From positions 1 to 46,502 of the forward strand of contig BCKQ01000014.1 in the NCBI GenBank assembly GCA_001600695.1: a DNA stretch of 46,502 nucleotides, given 5' to 3'. The notes beneath the pieces are model-generated. The model made no database searches and was not told the DNA's origin. It saw nothing but the letters and a program-made list of their open reading frames with translations. Of this stretch, positions 13,813 through 24,908 are shown in pieces; positions within the stretch are counted from its first letter, which is position 1; every line of letters starts with the position of its first letter. Made by a program: the position numbers and the translations under genes. This stretch comes from Ascoidea asiatica JCM 7603 (Eukaryota > Fungi > Ascomycota).

Positions 13813-15536
13813 GCTCTTGTTCTATTTGGGGGTAATGGGTATTTTTAGGTTTTCTCGATGAAATAGTGCAGACCGTATTATAAGAACTCAATTTCTCACC
13901 ATTTGTTGTATCATTATTTACTCTCAATTTCAACTGTTCAATTTGATTAAGTTCTTTGATCAACTAAAGCTGTTAATTCTTATTGTATTATTTTTCTTCA
14001 ATTCACCTCATATGTTCATAGTTTCCTTTGACTTTATTAGATGAAAAAGTTTGAAGAATCTAAATTATGAAAAAAGAAGATGATTTTATAGAGTGTGAAG
14101 CTGGTTATACTGTATAAACACCTGATTTTCCAATTACTCTAAATCTTTTTTTAGTTCTAATTCTAGCATTAACAATATCTTCGCACTTTTCTAGCCAAAT
14201 TGAAACTCAGTATTAGTGAATTGTTGGAAAATTAGAAGAGTTTCCAAGAATGGATTAATTGATAGACCTAATTCATAATGTTAGTTTTAAGTATCGATCC
14301 CTCCATTTTCCCAATTTTTACATGATTTATCCATGGTATAATAAAGTAAATTAGTAAAACATTAACTAAGCTTGAAATTGTGTGACTACTATTACCATAG
14401 TCCACTGTTTATTTTGTTTCTGAATACTCAGGTGTCTTCATCCTAGTCATAATCTTAATTGATTAATATTTTAAGTTTTCTTTTATATTTAGCAAAGAAT
14501 CTAAATTCTACTCAACTATTTTGAGTTTATAACACAAAATAATATTTTAGGATAATTTCTTAACCTTTCCTCTATTTTTTATCTCGTGTTTATTTATATC
14601 TTACTCGTTTTTTTACAAATATAATACGCCTAATATATCAATTAAATTATATCAATAGCAGCCAAATAATGAGGGATGGAAAAGATTTGAAAAATTTACG
14701 TCTGTCTGAATTCATTGTATGATTTTTTTCCTAAATTCACTTTTGTATCTTTAACCAGAAATAATATTTGGAAATTAAGTAATTCTTTTCGAAGATCATT
14801 ATTGGGTAACATTTCTTAATACCTATGAAAAAATCGTCAAATTAAAGTTAGTCTTGATTATTCAAGCTTTGAATCATTTACTGTTTAATCTACCATTAAA
14901 AATAATTAAAGTTTTCTTCGGAAATAATAAAAAATCACCTTACAAAATTTTATCACCAAAAAATTTAATCTCCTTTTTCTCCCATGCTCTTCTAGAAACT
15001 TAAGCTAATTCTTTCTATCTTCTTGATTTTAAACAACTTGAAACATATATTTCATATTTATTTTGCCTGTTTTTGTAATACAATAGTCAAAGTAGTAAGC
15101 AATTTCACAGGGTGATTTTTCCTCGACATCTTTTTGAATAGTAGAATTGCCAGAATGAGTTCTTGTGATAATGTTTGTAAAAAAATAAGCATATTCACAG
15201 CCCATTTATTCATTCTACAGCAAAAAATGAATCTGAGTACTAACTGTTAGCAAGTGCACGTGCTTCTTACCGGTAGTGAAATTGCCGTATTAGTTTTGAG
15301 ATGAAGCAAAAAGACCTGCGGATTAACTTACAGTTGCCATATTATTCTTTTTTTCGCTAAGCTGCGTTATCTATTTATCAGAAAACTATCAGTTCTTTTG
15401 CATCTGAATTTAACTAAATTACTTATTTCAGATAATTCACTGATAATAGATTCTAGTATTGATATTAGAATTGTGCTCGACATTATTTTATTCTGTATCA
15501 GTCATATATATTTAGTTATTGCTTCCTTAATCATAT

Positions 15537-17864
15537 ATGTCTTCAAAATCAAAACCTTTACCCTCTTTCCTTCGAAGCAATGCCAGAAGTAAAAGACCAT
15601 TGAAACCAAGGCCTAAGGTTATTCCAAAACAAAATTCTAAAACTCCTATTAATTTACAAGCCTCTTCTATAAATCGTACTCAAAATAATCAAAATTCGAA
15701 AGGAAAAACTAAGGAAAATGAAAAGAATAATAATAAAAATTATTCTTTTTTCCCATTAACGGTTTGTTCAAAATCTGAAATTGAAGGTTTAAATATCAAT
15801 CTTATGAAATTTCATTCAAAACATGATATAGATCCTGTTAAGGATTTCAAAAAACCAATAAAATTATTAAGGAAGGATCCAACTAATATTCAATTCCAAT
15901 TAACGAGAAGTGAATCTGATGCATTAAAGAATGCCAATGTTTTAGGCCATAGTAATAATAGTTATAATAATAACAATAATAATCAGAAAAGTAATAACAA
16001 ATATAAATCAACTAGCTTGAGCACTGTTACAAATGTTAAGGTGGAAAATGATACTAATAATAGTATTATTAATGGTAACAATTATGACAATAATGATAAT
16101 GCTTCTATTTCCATGGATACTGACAATAATAATAATAATAATAATAGTAAGGGAATAGATGCATTTAATAATTCTCAAACAAGTAATAATCCAGCTAAAA
16201 TTGAAGATGATGCTAATAATACTACACTAAATACAATCAATAAAAATGATAATGATCAACCAAACGAAGTCAATGATAGTAGTAGTAACATTAATAATAT
16301 TAATGAAAAAAAAGGCTCAAATTTAAATAAAAATGAACCTGATTTATCAAATGTAGCTCCAGATGGTGGCGCAAGAGTAAACAAACAAAAGAAAAAATTC
16401 AAGAAAAAAACTAAAGAAGTTCACTATATTCCTGAAGAAAGAAGACTATTGCATTATCAAGAATATTATCCATGGTGTATAGAAGATTATGATGGTAGTC
16501 ATACATTTGTAGGAAATTATGAAGCTGCAACTTCTTCTTCTCAAAATTTATTTCTATTTTTTCTAGATGACAATGGTTCCGGATTTAAAATGATCCCGGT
16601 TAATAGAGTTTATAAATTCACTGCAAGAAATTTATATCCCACTTTAACTTTAGAAGAAGCAGAAAGAACTATTGAAAATCAAAGAAAAGAGAAAAATATA
16701 ATAAGTGAAAGATTTTCAATGAAAGATATCTTAGAGAATGGTGATGAATTAGAAAAGTTATCTAATGGTTCAGGAAGATCTGTAAGATCTTCAAGAGCTA
16801 TAAGAGGTAATGGTATGAAAACCGTTGTAACAACTGATAGATTTGATGATGATGATGACGATGAAGATGGTAATACTTCTAAATTCTCTAGTATCCACAG
16901 AGATTATGACAATGATGATTTAGATTATAATGAGGAATTCGCAGATGATGAAGAAGCTGCGACAATTGATCCAGATATTCAAGATGATGATGAAAAAGAA
17001 AGTAGGAAAAAAGTTGAAAGAGAAATGAGAAATGCAAATGTATTTGAAGGTTTAAATGATGATGGCAATGACAATAATGAAGATGATAATACATTAATTG
17101 TTGATGACATTATTACTGGGGAAGGAAATATTTATTCAAAAAATTTAAAGAACAAAAAAAAATTCAATAAGGAAGGAGAAAAAATAAGACAATCCTTGAA
17201 AAAAACGGAGATTGGAGGAAGATTTTATGAAAGTGATGATAATGAAAATCCATATTTATCTTCATCTGATGAAGAGGAATCGGATTCTGATAGCGAAAAC
17301 GAAAATGCAAATAATACTATTAAAACTAATAATAATGAAGTTGAAGAAACTTCAAATCTTAAACGTGAAATTAAAGATGAAAATGGTAATTCATTGCCGC
17401 CGTTAAGCTCGATTAGATCTTTATTTGTAAAAAGTATTTTCAATTGTGGATCAGTAGTAGTTTTGAAAGGTAGTAAACAAAATTTAATTCAATTTCCAAA
17501 AGGTGAATGGAATCCAGATCATCCAGTTAAGATTCACAAAAAAAGATCAGCCTCTAATACAAATGATAATTCTCAGCCTAAAAAGAAAAAAATCAAAACA
17601 GAGAGGGAGAAATTAGTTACTAGATCTGTCTCTCCAATGAATAATAATGACTCCGTGACTGGAAATATGGTTAAAAACGATACAATATTAACAAATGATT
17701 TTATAAAACAATTATTCAAAGAACAGCCTGCTTTTACATTAAAGGAGTTTGCAAGTAAAGTAAATCCTTATGTTAAAAAAAGTTCTAAAAACAAAATTAT
17801 AATTAAAGCTTTTTTAAGTCAAAATATTGTTAAAAAAGATGATAAACTTTATATGAAAGACTGA
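15537..17864 (+). CDS. TFG1: TFIIF large subunit
   Basis: LMKFHSK...P...F..PIKL.RKD, VAPDGGAR, QEYYPWCIEDYDG..TFVGNYEA, FKMIPVNRVYKFTAR..YPTLTLEEAE, DLDYNEEFADDEE, FPKGEWNP. Confidence 0.93.
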   Translation: MSSKSKPLPSFLRSNARSKRPLKPRPKVIPKQNSKTPINLQASSINRTQNNQNSKGKTKENEKNNNKNYSFFPLTVCSKSEIEGLNINLMKFHSKHDIDPVKDFKKPIKLLRKDPTNIQFQLTRSESDALKNANVLGHSNNSYNNNNNNQKSNNKYKSTSLSTVTNVKVENDTNNSIINGNNYDNNDNASISMDTDNNNNNNNSKGIDAFNNSQTSNNPAKIEDDANNTTLNTINKNDNDQPNEVNDSSSNINNINEKKGSNLNKNEPDLSNVAPDGGARVNKQKKKFKKKTKEVHYIPEERRLLHYQEYYPWCIEDYDGSHTFVGNYEAATSSSQNLFLFFLDDNGSGFKMIPVNRVYKFTARNLYPTLTLEEAERTIENQRKEKNIISERFSMKDILENGDELEKLSNGSGRSVRSSRAIRGNGMKTVVTTDRFDDDDDDEDGNTSKFSSIHRDYDNDDLDYNEEFADDEEAATIDPDIQDDDEKESRKKVEREMRNANVFEGLNDDGNDNNEDDNTLIVDDIITGEGNIYSKNLKNKKKFNKEGEKIRQSLKKTEIGGRFYESDDNENPYLSSSDEEESDSDSENENANNTIKTNNNEVEETSNLKREIKDENGNSLPPLSSIRSLFVKSIFNCGSVVVLKGSKQNLIQFPKGEWNPDHPVKIHKKRSASNTNDNSQPKKKKIKTEREKLVTRSVSPMNNNDSVTGNMVKNDTILTNDFIKQLFKEQPAFTLKEFASKVNPYVKKSSKNKIIIKAFLSQNIVKKDDKLYMKD

Positions 17865-18388
17865 ATTCCATTTATTAAAAACGGTCTAACTAGCTGTTCC
17901 CTTCTTTCAGAGTACGTTTTTTTTCTCATCCTTTTTTTATTTTTTTTTTTGATTATTTTTGAATTCTTTATTTTTTCTTAGTTTCTTGTTTTACTTAAAA
18001 TTGATTTGGTTTTTTATGCTTTAAAGTTATGACTTCTCATTGTAGATTTTCTCAAAAAAGTCGTAAACATAAACAATTTTAAATGAAATATAACTGTAAT
18101 TGAATGAAAAACTATCTGTAATTATTTGGTTAAATCAAAGTTATAACCGCAATAGCAAAAGTAAATTTTGATAGAACCAGAGCCGTTAAACTTTCAATGT
18201 GTAAAAATAGGCCCAATGGGTGTTTGAGCCGCTCCCGATATTTGAAATTATCGAGACAAATTTAATAGGAAATTAATTTCATTAAAAAGATTGAATTCTT
18301 GGCTAATGAAAAGCTTCTTAGGATTGAATGTAGTCAGTTTTTTTTTTACATATTTTGGAAGAACTCAATTTATAATAAATGAAGCTAA

Positions 18389-20527
18389 ATGGTAATGTCT
18401 AGTAAATTTCATTTACAAGAAGAAGCACAGTTTGCTTCACTAGATTTCAATAATCATGCTCCTATTTACATTTTCAACCCTGAATTTACAATTGGAACAT
18501 ATTTTTTATATCCTTCAACTCCAGATAAAAGCAATCTAAAACTTCAGCTCAACAACAAAATTGACCTAAATTTAAGTTATTACCTCCTTCATTTTGACCA
18601 AAATTTGAAAAGCAAAATCATTGAAGATAAGATAAATTCAATTAGACTAATAAAACTATTTTTAAGCTCTCAAGATAAACATTGGTGCTTGCAATTATTA
18701 TATCCTATCGAGCTAACAATTTACAAAAATAATTATTGTTATATTATTCCAAGCGATACAACATCTATCATACAATTAGAAAATAATGTTAAAATAAAAA
18801 TTGGAGAAATTTTATTTACTTTCAAGCTATCATCTTCAATAGTAAAAAATCACTCTTCATTCAAAAAAGATGGAATTAATCTAGCTGATCGAACTTTTAT
18901 AAGTTTTCCAGAGTACGAAAATTATTTTGATGTTGATTTAAAGTCAGATCCACTTTTGAAAATTCCAATTCCAATCAGTTCATCCTTCAATTCCGATTCA
19001 ATGTACTCTCTATTGAAAGTCATTTATGAAACTCCGGGAAAGTTGAATTATTTTTTATTATTTACTCATTTGACAAGCTTAATTTTTAAGAATCCTTTAA
19101 AAAAGAGAAGTATTATAAATGAAGGGTTTTGTTTAGAGCATATTTATGATTTTGCAATGGAAAATATTTCGATGTTGAAATATTTTTACTCTGATTGGCG
19201 TTCTAAGATACTTCAAACAATTACTAACTTTCCAAATTATTTCAAAGTATCTTTAAAAATGTCGTCAAATACTCATTTTAAAATTCAGCAACCTTTTTTG
19301 TATTTGGTTACAGAATCTTCAAGTGAAGACTTTTTACTTCAACTTAATAAAACCTTCAGTAATATGGATTATAGTTCAATCCCACTTCAAGGTTCGGAAG
19401 AAAAAGTTCCTGACCAATCAGTTACTGAACTTTTGGTTAAAAAGGTGTCGGATTTTAACTCAATCGATATTGATTTCAATTTTACTAACTCAATTAAAAA
19501 AAAATCTATTGAAAAAAAGAAGAAATATACAGGATTAATATTTACTTTTTTGAAGGATTTTCTTCAACTTTCATTGTTGATTCCTCCTTTAAATAGGTTG
19601 AAATTAAGAAAATATTCAGTTTATCAAAATATCATTTTCTACGCTTTATTTATATTAAATGTTACAATGGAGGTATATGGTAAAATTAATAGAATTAAAC
19701 AACCGTTGAGAAGACTAATCTCCAATACAGAAATTAACAAAAAGAGGTTGAAAATTTTACTATTATTGATTTTGAGTAAATCTTCGAATGAAATAATTGA
19801 AGGCTTAAACAAAAAGAAATTAGGAAAAAATAAGTATTATAGCTTTAAAATCGAACAAATAACTGGTGGCAAAAAAATAAATAAAGAAAGTCTATATGAT
19901 GGTAATGATATAACTTTAAATAAAATGGAAATTCATTTAGACTTAGAAATAGTAAATCAAATAAGCTCCAAAGCTAAGCTATTATCGAAAACTAATGAAA
20001 AAGTCAATTCAAGTAAAGCATATTCTGAAAAAATTAAAACAACAAATTGCTGCCAACTTTTAAGTCTGCCAATAAAAACAATAATTACAAATATTCAGAA
20101 AGATATAAAAGAGTATGAATTTGATGAATTCAGACAACTCAATGGGATCAGTTTAGTAGAATTACGTGAAAATATTGACTTTTTGTTTGCAAACAATACA
20201 GCTGTTAACCAGGTTGATCTTAAAGGGAAAAAGTCCAATAATAATCACACCAAAGCTAAATCTTTGATAAAATATGGTAGTATACGAAATAAAAATTCTA
20301 AAACTCAGAAGAAAACAATTCATAAAATTAACTCCCCGATAGGGAAACTTTCAACTTCAATTAATCTTCCAAAAGCCAAATCTGCTTCATCAATTGATAA
20401 TCTATATTCTAAGCCAGTGGAAAAATTAGAGAAATCAAAAAGAAAGTCTGATGCAAAGCCTAAAACTGAATCTATTTTTAAAAAAAAAAGAAAACTTGCT
20501 GAAGAAAGATTTGTTTGGGTCGAATGA
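18389..20527 (+). CDS. 712-aa protein with degenerate FHA and forkhead-like domains (Fhl1-like)
   Basis: Intact ORF. AQFASLDF, IDLNL and LENNVKIKIGEILFTFKL recall the Fhl1 FHA region. CLEHIYDFAMENI...WRSKILQTITNFPNYFKVS has forkhead-like spacing. Lys-rich C-terminus. Confidence 0.55.
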   Translation: MVMSSKFHLQEEAQFASLDFNNHAPIYIFNPEFTIGTYFLYPSTPDKSNLKLQLNNKIDLNLSYYLLHFDQNLKSKIIEDKINSIRLIKLFLSSQDKHWCLQLLYPIELTIYKNNYCYIIPSDTTSIIQLENNVKIKIGEILFTFKLSSSIVKNHSSFKKDGINLADRTFISFPEYENYFDVDLKSDPLLKIPIPISSSFNSDSMYSLLKVIYETPGKLNYFLLFTHLTSLIFKNPLKKRSIINEGFCLEHIYDFAMENISMLKYFYSDWRSKILQTITNFPNYFKVSLKMSSNTHFKIQQPFLYLVTESSSEDFLLQLNKTFSNMDYSSIPLQGSEEKVPDQSVTELLVKKVSDFNSIDIDFNFTNSIKKKSIEKKKKYTGLIFTFLKDFLQLSLLIPPLNRLKLRKYSVYQNIIFYALFILNVTMEVYGKINRIKQPLRRLISNTEINKKRLKILLLLILSKSSNEIIEGLNKKKLGKNKYYSFKIEQITGGKKINKESLYDGNDITLNKMEIHLDLEIVNQISSKAKLLSKTNEKVNSSKAYSEKIKTTNCCQLLSLPIKTIITNIQKDIKEYEFDEFRQLNGISLVELRENIDFLFANNTAVNQVDLKGKKSNNNHTKAKSLIKYGSIRNKNSKTQKKTIHKINSPIGKLSTSINLPKAKSASSIDNLYSKPVEKLEKSKRKSDAKPKTESIFKKKRKLAEERFVWVE

Positions 20528-21591
20528 AGATACTGGAGCAGTAGAAATATTTATTTGGGTAAAGTAAGATTTACAATTTCTATAAAAAATGGTTCCAGAT
20601 TGTCTTCAATTCATTCTCTATTATTACTATGGTTTTTCACTTTTGTAAAGTCCATAAATGAAAAGTATAGCTTTAAATTTTTCAGGTTAATAGTAAAAAT
20701 TTCAATGCCATATAATCTGTTTGGTATCAAAAGTTCTAGTAAAAATTAGATAATTTTAAGTATCTTAATCTCACTAAATACCTTTACTTTCTCTAATTAA
20801 AGAAAATTTGGATTGGGATAATTGTGAAGTTGATTGTGATGTTGGTTGTAAAAAAGAGTACAGCCTTATTATGTTAGCAGTTTTTTCATATTTATTTTTC
20901 GTTTCTACAGTTTTTATTAAAATTTGTAATCTGTGTCTTTTTATAGCAAAGATTTGGTATCGTTCGCTGATTTGCATTTCTGAAATTACTAATTAATTAT
21001 TCATCAGAATATAGATGAAAAAGAGTAAAAGATAAAGTGATAAAATAAAAAAATGGTCTATTGGATTATTTGATTAGTCAATTATTATATATATTGATGT
21101 ATTCTAGAATATTTTGAAATCAACAAGATGGCTAACAAAAAATAATTTCAGGAATGTTTTTTTAATTGATTTTGATGCTGTATATTACAAACTCGTTGGT
21201 ATATATCTCTAAACCTTTTTTAAAATTGAAACTTGAGAAGTATATAGGGTTTCATATTCTGTAAAGATTTTCAATCTAGTTAAACTATTTTTGATAAAAA
21301 ATATAGGGAAAAAAGTGATTACATAAAAGCAAAGAATCAGTATATTCAAAAATGTTGATAAAAAACACTCGTGTTGTCAACTTCTTTGAATCGATAAAAG
21401 AATTTTTTATATTACTGAAATTACTTTCCTCCAAGCTCAATAAAGAGGAAAGATCAAAATGGCCAACCAAACTTATAAGTATGAATGCTGTGAAACTGGT
21501 TTCGATGAACTATAAAAATCTAAAATGTACAAATTTTAATTGTACAAAAAATTTGTAGTTGATAAATGATATTTATTGATTAAATAAAGAT

Positions 21592-22791
21592 TTAATAATT
21601 GAAATTTAAAATCTTTTTGGTTACTTCAGAAGAATCATCCCAATTTTTTATAAATCTCATTTTTGGTGGTTGAGGATATTTTCCTTCATCAATAACTTCA
21701 AATTCCCTCCAAGTTGCATTGCAATAATGAGATAAATCTTCCAAATAATTAATAATTTCAACCTGATTAAAATCATGACCTAAGATTTTGTTTTTATTAA
21801 CTTTTTCTTTTAAAAATTTAATTCTATCAGATAATATATCTAATCTATAAATCATCCATTCTGGATAAAAATCATTATATTTAGTTGCAGGATATATTGA
21901 TGGTTTTATAGTGGTTAATAAAGTTGGTTCAATAATTAAAGAAGATTCTGGTCTTAAAGATGTAACAGATGTTATTCTTTCAACAGAGCAATAAGGCTTT
22001 AAAGCTATATGATTAAGACAATGAGCTTGAACTAAAGATGCCCAACCTTTTTGATAATTACAAATTTTTAAAATTTTTCCAGTACCAGTTTCAAGTGCAG
22101 TTTCACCACCTATCATTTCCCTAGTGTCAGATAGCATTGTGATTAATGTATAACTATTTGAATCATAATGCCATCCTCTTACAAAATCTGAATCTTTATC
22201 AAAAGCTAATTTATTTTTATTTAAATATAAAGCCTTATTATTTTTTTCATCGTTAACTTGTGATTGAGTTTTTATACCAAAGTTTATAGCTGAAATTTCA
22301 TGATTAATTAATAGGATCAAATTAATTTTAGCAAAATTACTTATAATTTTTAAAACTTTTGGGTGAATTGAAGCTTGTTTAGTAAATGGAGTGAATTCTA
22401 TTTGACCACAAATTTGAACATCTAGACCTTTATATTTTGTTAAATTTGCTAATCTACCAAATCTATTAAATACTTTTTCATTAAAAATCTCATATCTCAT
22501 AATGTCAATTGCTTCTTCGGAATATAAAGGAAAAGCATTTGTAAAAGCAAAATCTGAACATTGTTCTGGGTGATTTATATTCAATTCAGATAATGAAAAA
22601 GATTTATACTTTTCATAATCAGTTTCTGGATTGAAAATTACATGCTTATCAAAATTAAATGGAATGTTTGGATTAAAATTTGGTTTATCTAAAAGTTCAT
22701 CTAATAGTGGTTTAACAGTATCATTATATACTTTTGAAGGTATAGATTTATCTAAATTCCCATTAATTACTGTTGAAGTTAAAGGAGGCAT
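21592..22791 (-). CDS. Fungal Fe(II)/2-oxoglutarate dioxygenase-like protein
   Basis: WHYDS...MLSD...MIGGET...LNHIAL...ERITSVTSLRP gives an HxD...H triad plus a distal Arg. AFPLYSEEAI motif. Confidence 0.8.
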   Translation of the reverse strand: MPPLTSTVINGNLDKSIPSKVYNDTVKPLLDELLDKPNFNPNIPFNFDKHVIFNPETDYEKYKSFSLSELNINHPEQCSDFAFTNAFPLYSEEAIDIMRYEIFNEKVFNRFGRLANLTKYKGLDVQICGQIEFTPFTKQASIHPKVLKIISNFAKINLILLINHEISAINFGIKTQSQVNDEKNNKALYLNKNKLAFDKDSDFVRGWHYDSNSYTLITMLSDTREMIGGETALETGTGKILKICNYQKGWASLVQAHCLNHIALKPYCSVERITSVTSLRPESSLIIEPTLLTTIKPSIYPATKYNDFYPEWMIYRLDILSDRIKFLKEKVNKNKILGHDFNQVEIINYLEDLSHYCNATWREFEVIDEGKYPQPPKMRFIKNWDDSSEVTKKILNFNY

Positions 22792-22986
22792 TATTCTGAA
22801 TTAAATAAGTGAAGTACTTAAAAGAAAAGCAAGATACAGTTAGATATTATCAAATACAATATGCAAAATTAAAGGATATTGATATCAATTTAAATCAATC
22901 AAAAGATTAATAAATACTATAAAAATTTATAAAGTTTATAGAATTTAGCATGGAACTTGAACTCATGTTTACTAGATGAAACAAGA

Positions 22987-23228
22987 CTTATCGAGACACA
23001 GGAAACTAAAATATCAAAAATAATCATTTGATAAGATGTGATTTATGAATTTGTTTAAGGCTCGAATAAAAATCTCCACTAACTAAGATAAAGAACCGTT
23101 ATCGTTATCAAAGATTTGAAACAATATGATTGAGATTTTCCTTATATCCAATAATTCAAAATTACAGTACTGTATATAGACCAGTTAAAAATGCTTTCAT
23201 CACAGCAAAAGTGTTTTTAACTGATAAG
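22987..23228. promoter_or_regulatory. GATA-factor motif cluster upstream of the dioxygenase
   Basis: CTTATC 22987, GATAAG 23030 and 23223, GATAAA 23087, GTTATC 23098 and 23104. Confidence 0.5.
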
Positions 23229-23772
23229 AGAATTGAAATCATTAAGTTTAAACTGACGACTTCTGCTGAGTAGAAATGATTAGTCTTCGAGACAGACTCT
23301 TCAATATGTTTTTTCAGGAATTCTTTTCCAGAAGCAAACTGAATAAAGAAAGAAGTGTAATAAAAAAATAAAGGTTTAAAAGACAATTACTCAAGGTCAC
23401 ATGGCTTGATTAGAATCTTGGACTCGGAGAGGTTACTGTATTCGACACATGACCATAGCTAATGGTTTTGGTGCTTCACTTTCGAGTTTTGCGCGCTTTT
23501 GCTTCTTTAGTCTTTTTGAAGAAGACCGGATTACGTAAGAACCGAATATATTGCATTTGTTAATCACCCAAACAAAATTTCACAGTTTTAAAATTTCTTA
23601 TTTAGTTAATTTAACTCACAGAAGCTGGATAATTGAATAAATGAATAATTGGATAATAAGAAAATAAGAACTTTAACGAACACAAAGTAATTCATTTCAC
23701 TTCCAACAAAGTCACCATTTTCATCACTTTATAACTTCTTATTCCACTTTTATACAATATAATATTTCCATT

Positions 23773-24051
23773 ATGTCTTTCTTAGGTTTAGGAGGTCAGG
23801 CTCCAAAATTATCATCTGAGCAAAAAATTGCAGCTGCAGAATCTGAATTAGATATGGTAACTGATATGTTCAATAGATTGGTTTCAACATGTCATTCCAA
23901 ATGTATTATGTCGAATAAAGGATATTATGAATCTGATATTACTAAAAATGAAGGTCTTTGTATAGATAGATGTGTATCAAAATATTTTGAAGTTAATGTA
24001 AAAGTTGGTGAACAAATGCAAAAATTAGGTTCATCATTTATGCCAAAATAA
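23773..24051 (+). CDS. TIM10: Mitochondrial intermembrane-space small Tim chaperone
   Basis: MSFLGLGG...[17 protein letters not shown], with twin CX3C motifs (CHSKC, CIDRC). Confidence 0.96.
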   Translation: MSFLGLGGQAPKLSSEQKIAAAESELDMVTDMFNRLVSTCHSKCIMSNKGYYESDITKNEGLCIDRCVSKYFEVNVKVGEQMQKLGSSFMPK

Positions 24052-24128
24052 TCAAAGTAAAAAAATTAACAAAAAATGTCAATAATAATCAAATAAGTAC
24101 CTAATTTTGTAAATATTGTATAATTAAT

Positions 24129-24163
24129 TATCTATTGTCTATTATCTATTATCTATTATTTAT
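24129..24163. repeat. Short (TATCTAT)n tandem repeat between convergent genes
   Basis: tatctattgtctattatctattatctattatttatt. Confidence 0.6.
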
Positions 24164-24263
24164 TAACTATATTACTCCTATGAATAAATATTTAAATTCT
24201 CAGTAGATCATTTCAAAATATATATAAAAATACAATCAAGAGAAAAAAAAAAAAGTATTTAAT

Positions 24264-24908
24264 TTAATTTAATTCACCTTCAATTTTTTTATCCAAAAGT
24301 TTAAAATCTTTAAAATTTTCAGCTAATAATGGTTGGCTAATAACTTTTTCAAACCATTTCATAATATTTGGATGTAATTCTGACCAGGTTTTATCCCAAT
24401 TAGTTTTAAAGCAAGAACTAAAAAAAACTGCGGCAAAATAATCAGCTAAAGTAAAATCATTACCAACTAAAAAATCTTTTTCCTTAAAATGATTTTCAAA
24501 AACTTTAGCATACTTATCTAAACTAATTGTACCAGCTTCTGTTCTTTTTGCATCATATGGCTTGAATAAAAAATGATTAACATTTATAAATTCTGTTAAG
24601 AAATCAGAATTAATAAATGATAACCATTTTAAAATCTCAAAATATTCAAGTTTTGAAGAGCCTAATAAATTATTTTTTGGTTCTTTGATAAGTGAACAAA
24701 TATAAAAAATAATTGCAATTGTTTCAGTTAATTTGAATGTACCATCATTTGAAATAAATGCAGGAATTTTTTTAAAAGGAAAATTTTTTTCGAAAGTCTC
24801 ATCTTTAGAAGCAAAAGAAATTGGTAATTTATAAAACTCAATTACATATTTGACTACTAAAAATCTTGGTGAATTTCCAATTGAATATAAGGTACCGATT
24901 GAAGACAT
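24264..24908 (-). CDS. Stand-alone GST-fold protein of the eEF1B-gamma N-terminal type (YGR201C-like)
   Basis: GTLY...SPR, FPFKKIPAF...KLTETIAI..Y, ILKWLSF.NSD, FLVGNDFTLAD, HPNIMKWF. No C-terminal EF1G domain. Confidence 0.85.
   Translation of the reverse strand: MSSIGTLYSIGNSPRFLVVKYVIEFYKLPISFASKDETFEKNFPFKKIPAFISNDGTFKLTETIAIIFYICSLIKEPKNNLLGSSKLEYFEILKWLSFINSDFLTEFINVNHFLFKPYDAKRTEAGTISLDKYAKVFENHFKEKDFLVGNDFTLADYFAAVFFSSCFKTNWDKTWSELHPNIMKWFEKVISQPLLAENFKDFKLLDKKIEGELN

Noticed and set aside
23395-23545. GC-richer stretch considered as a tRNA or ncRNA
   Set aside because: No cloverleaf or B-box; fits the shared TIM10/dioxygenase promoter. No tRNA or rRNA was recognised anywhere in the window.
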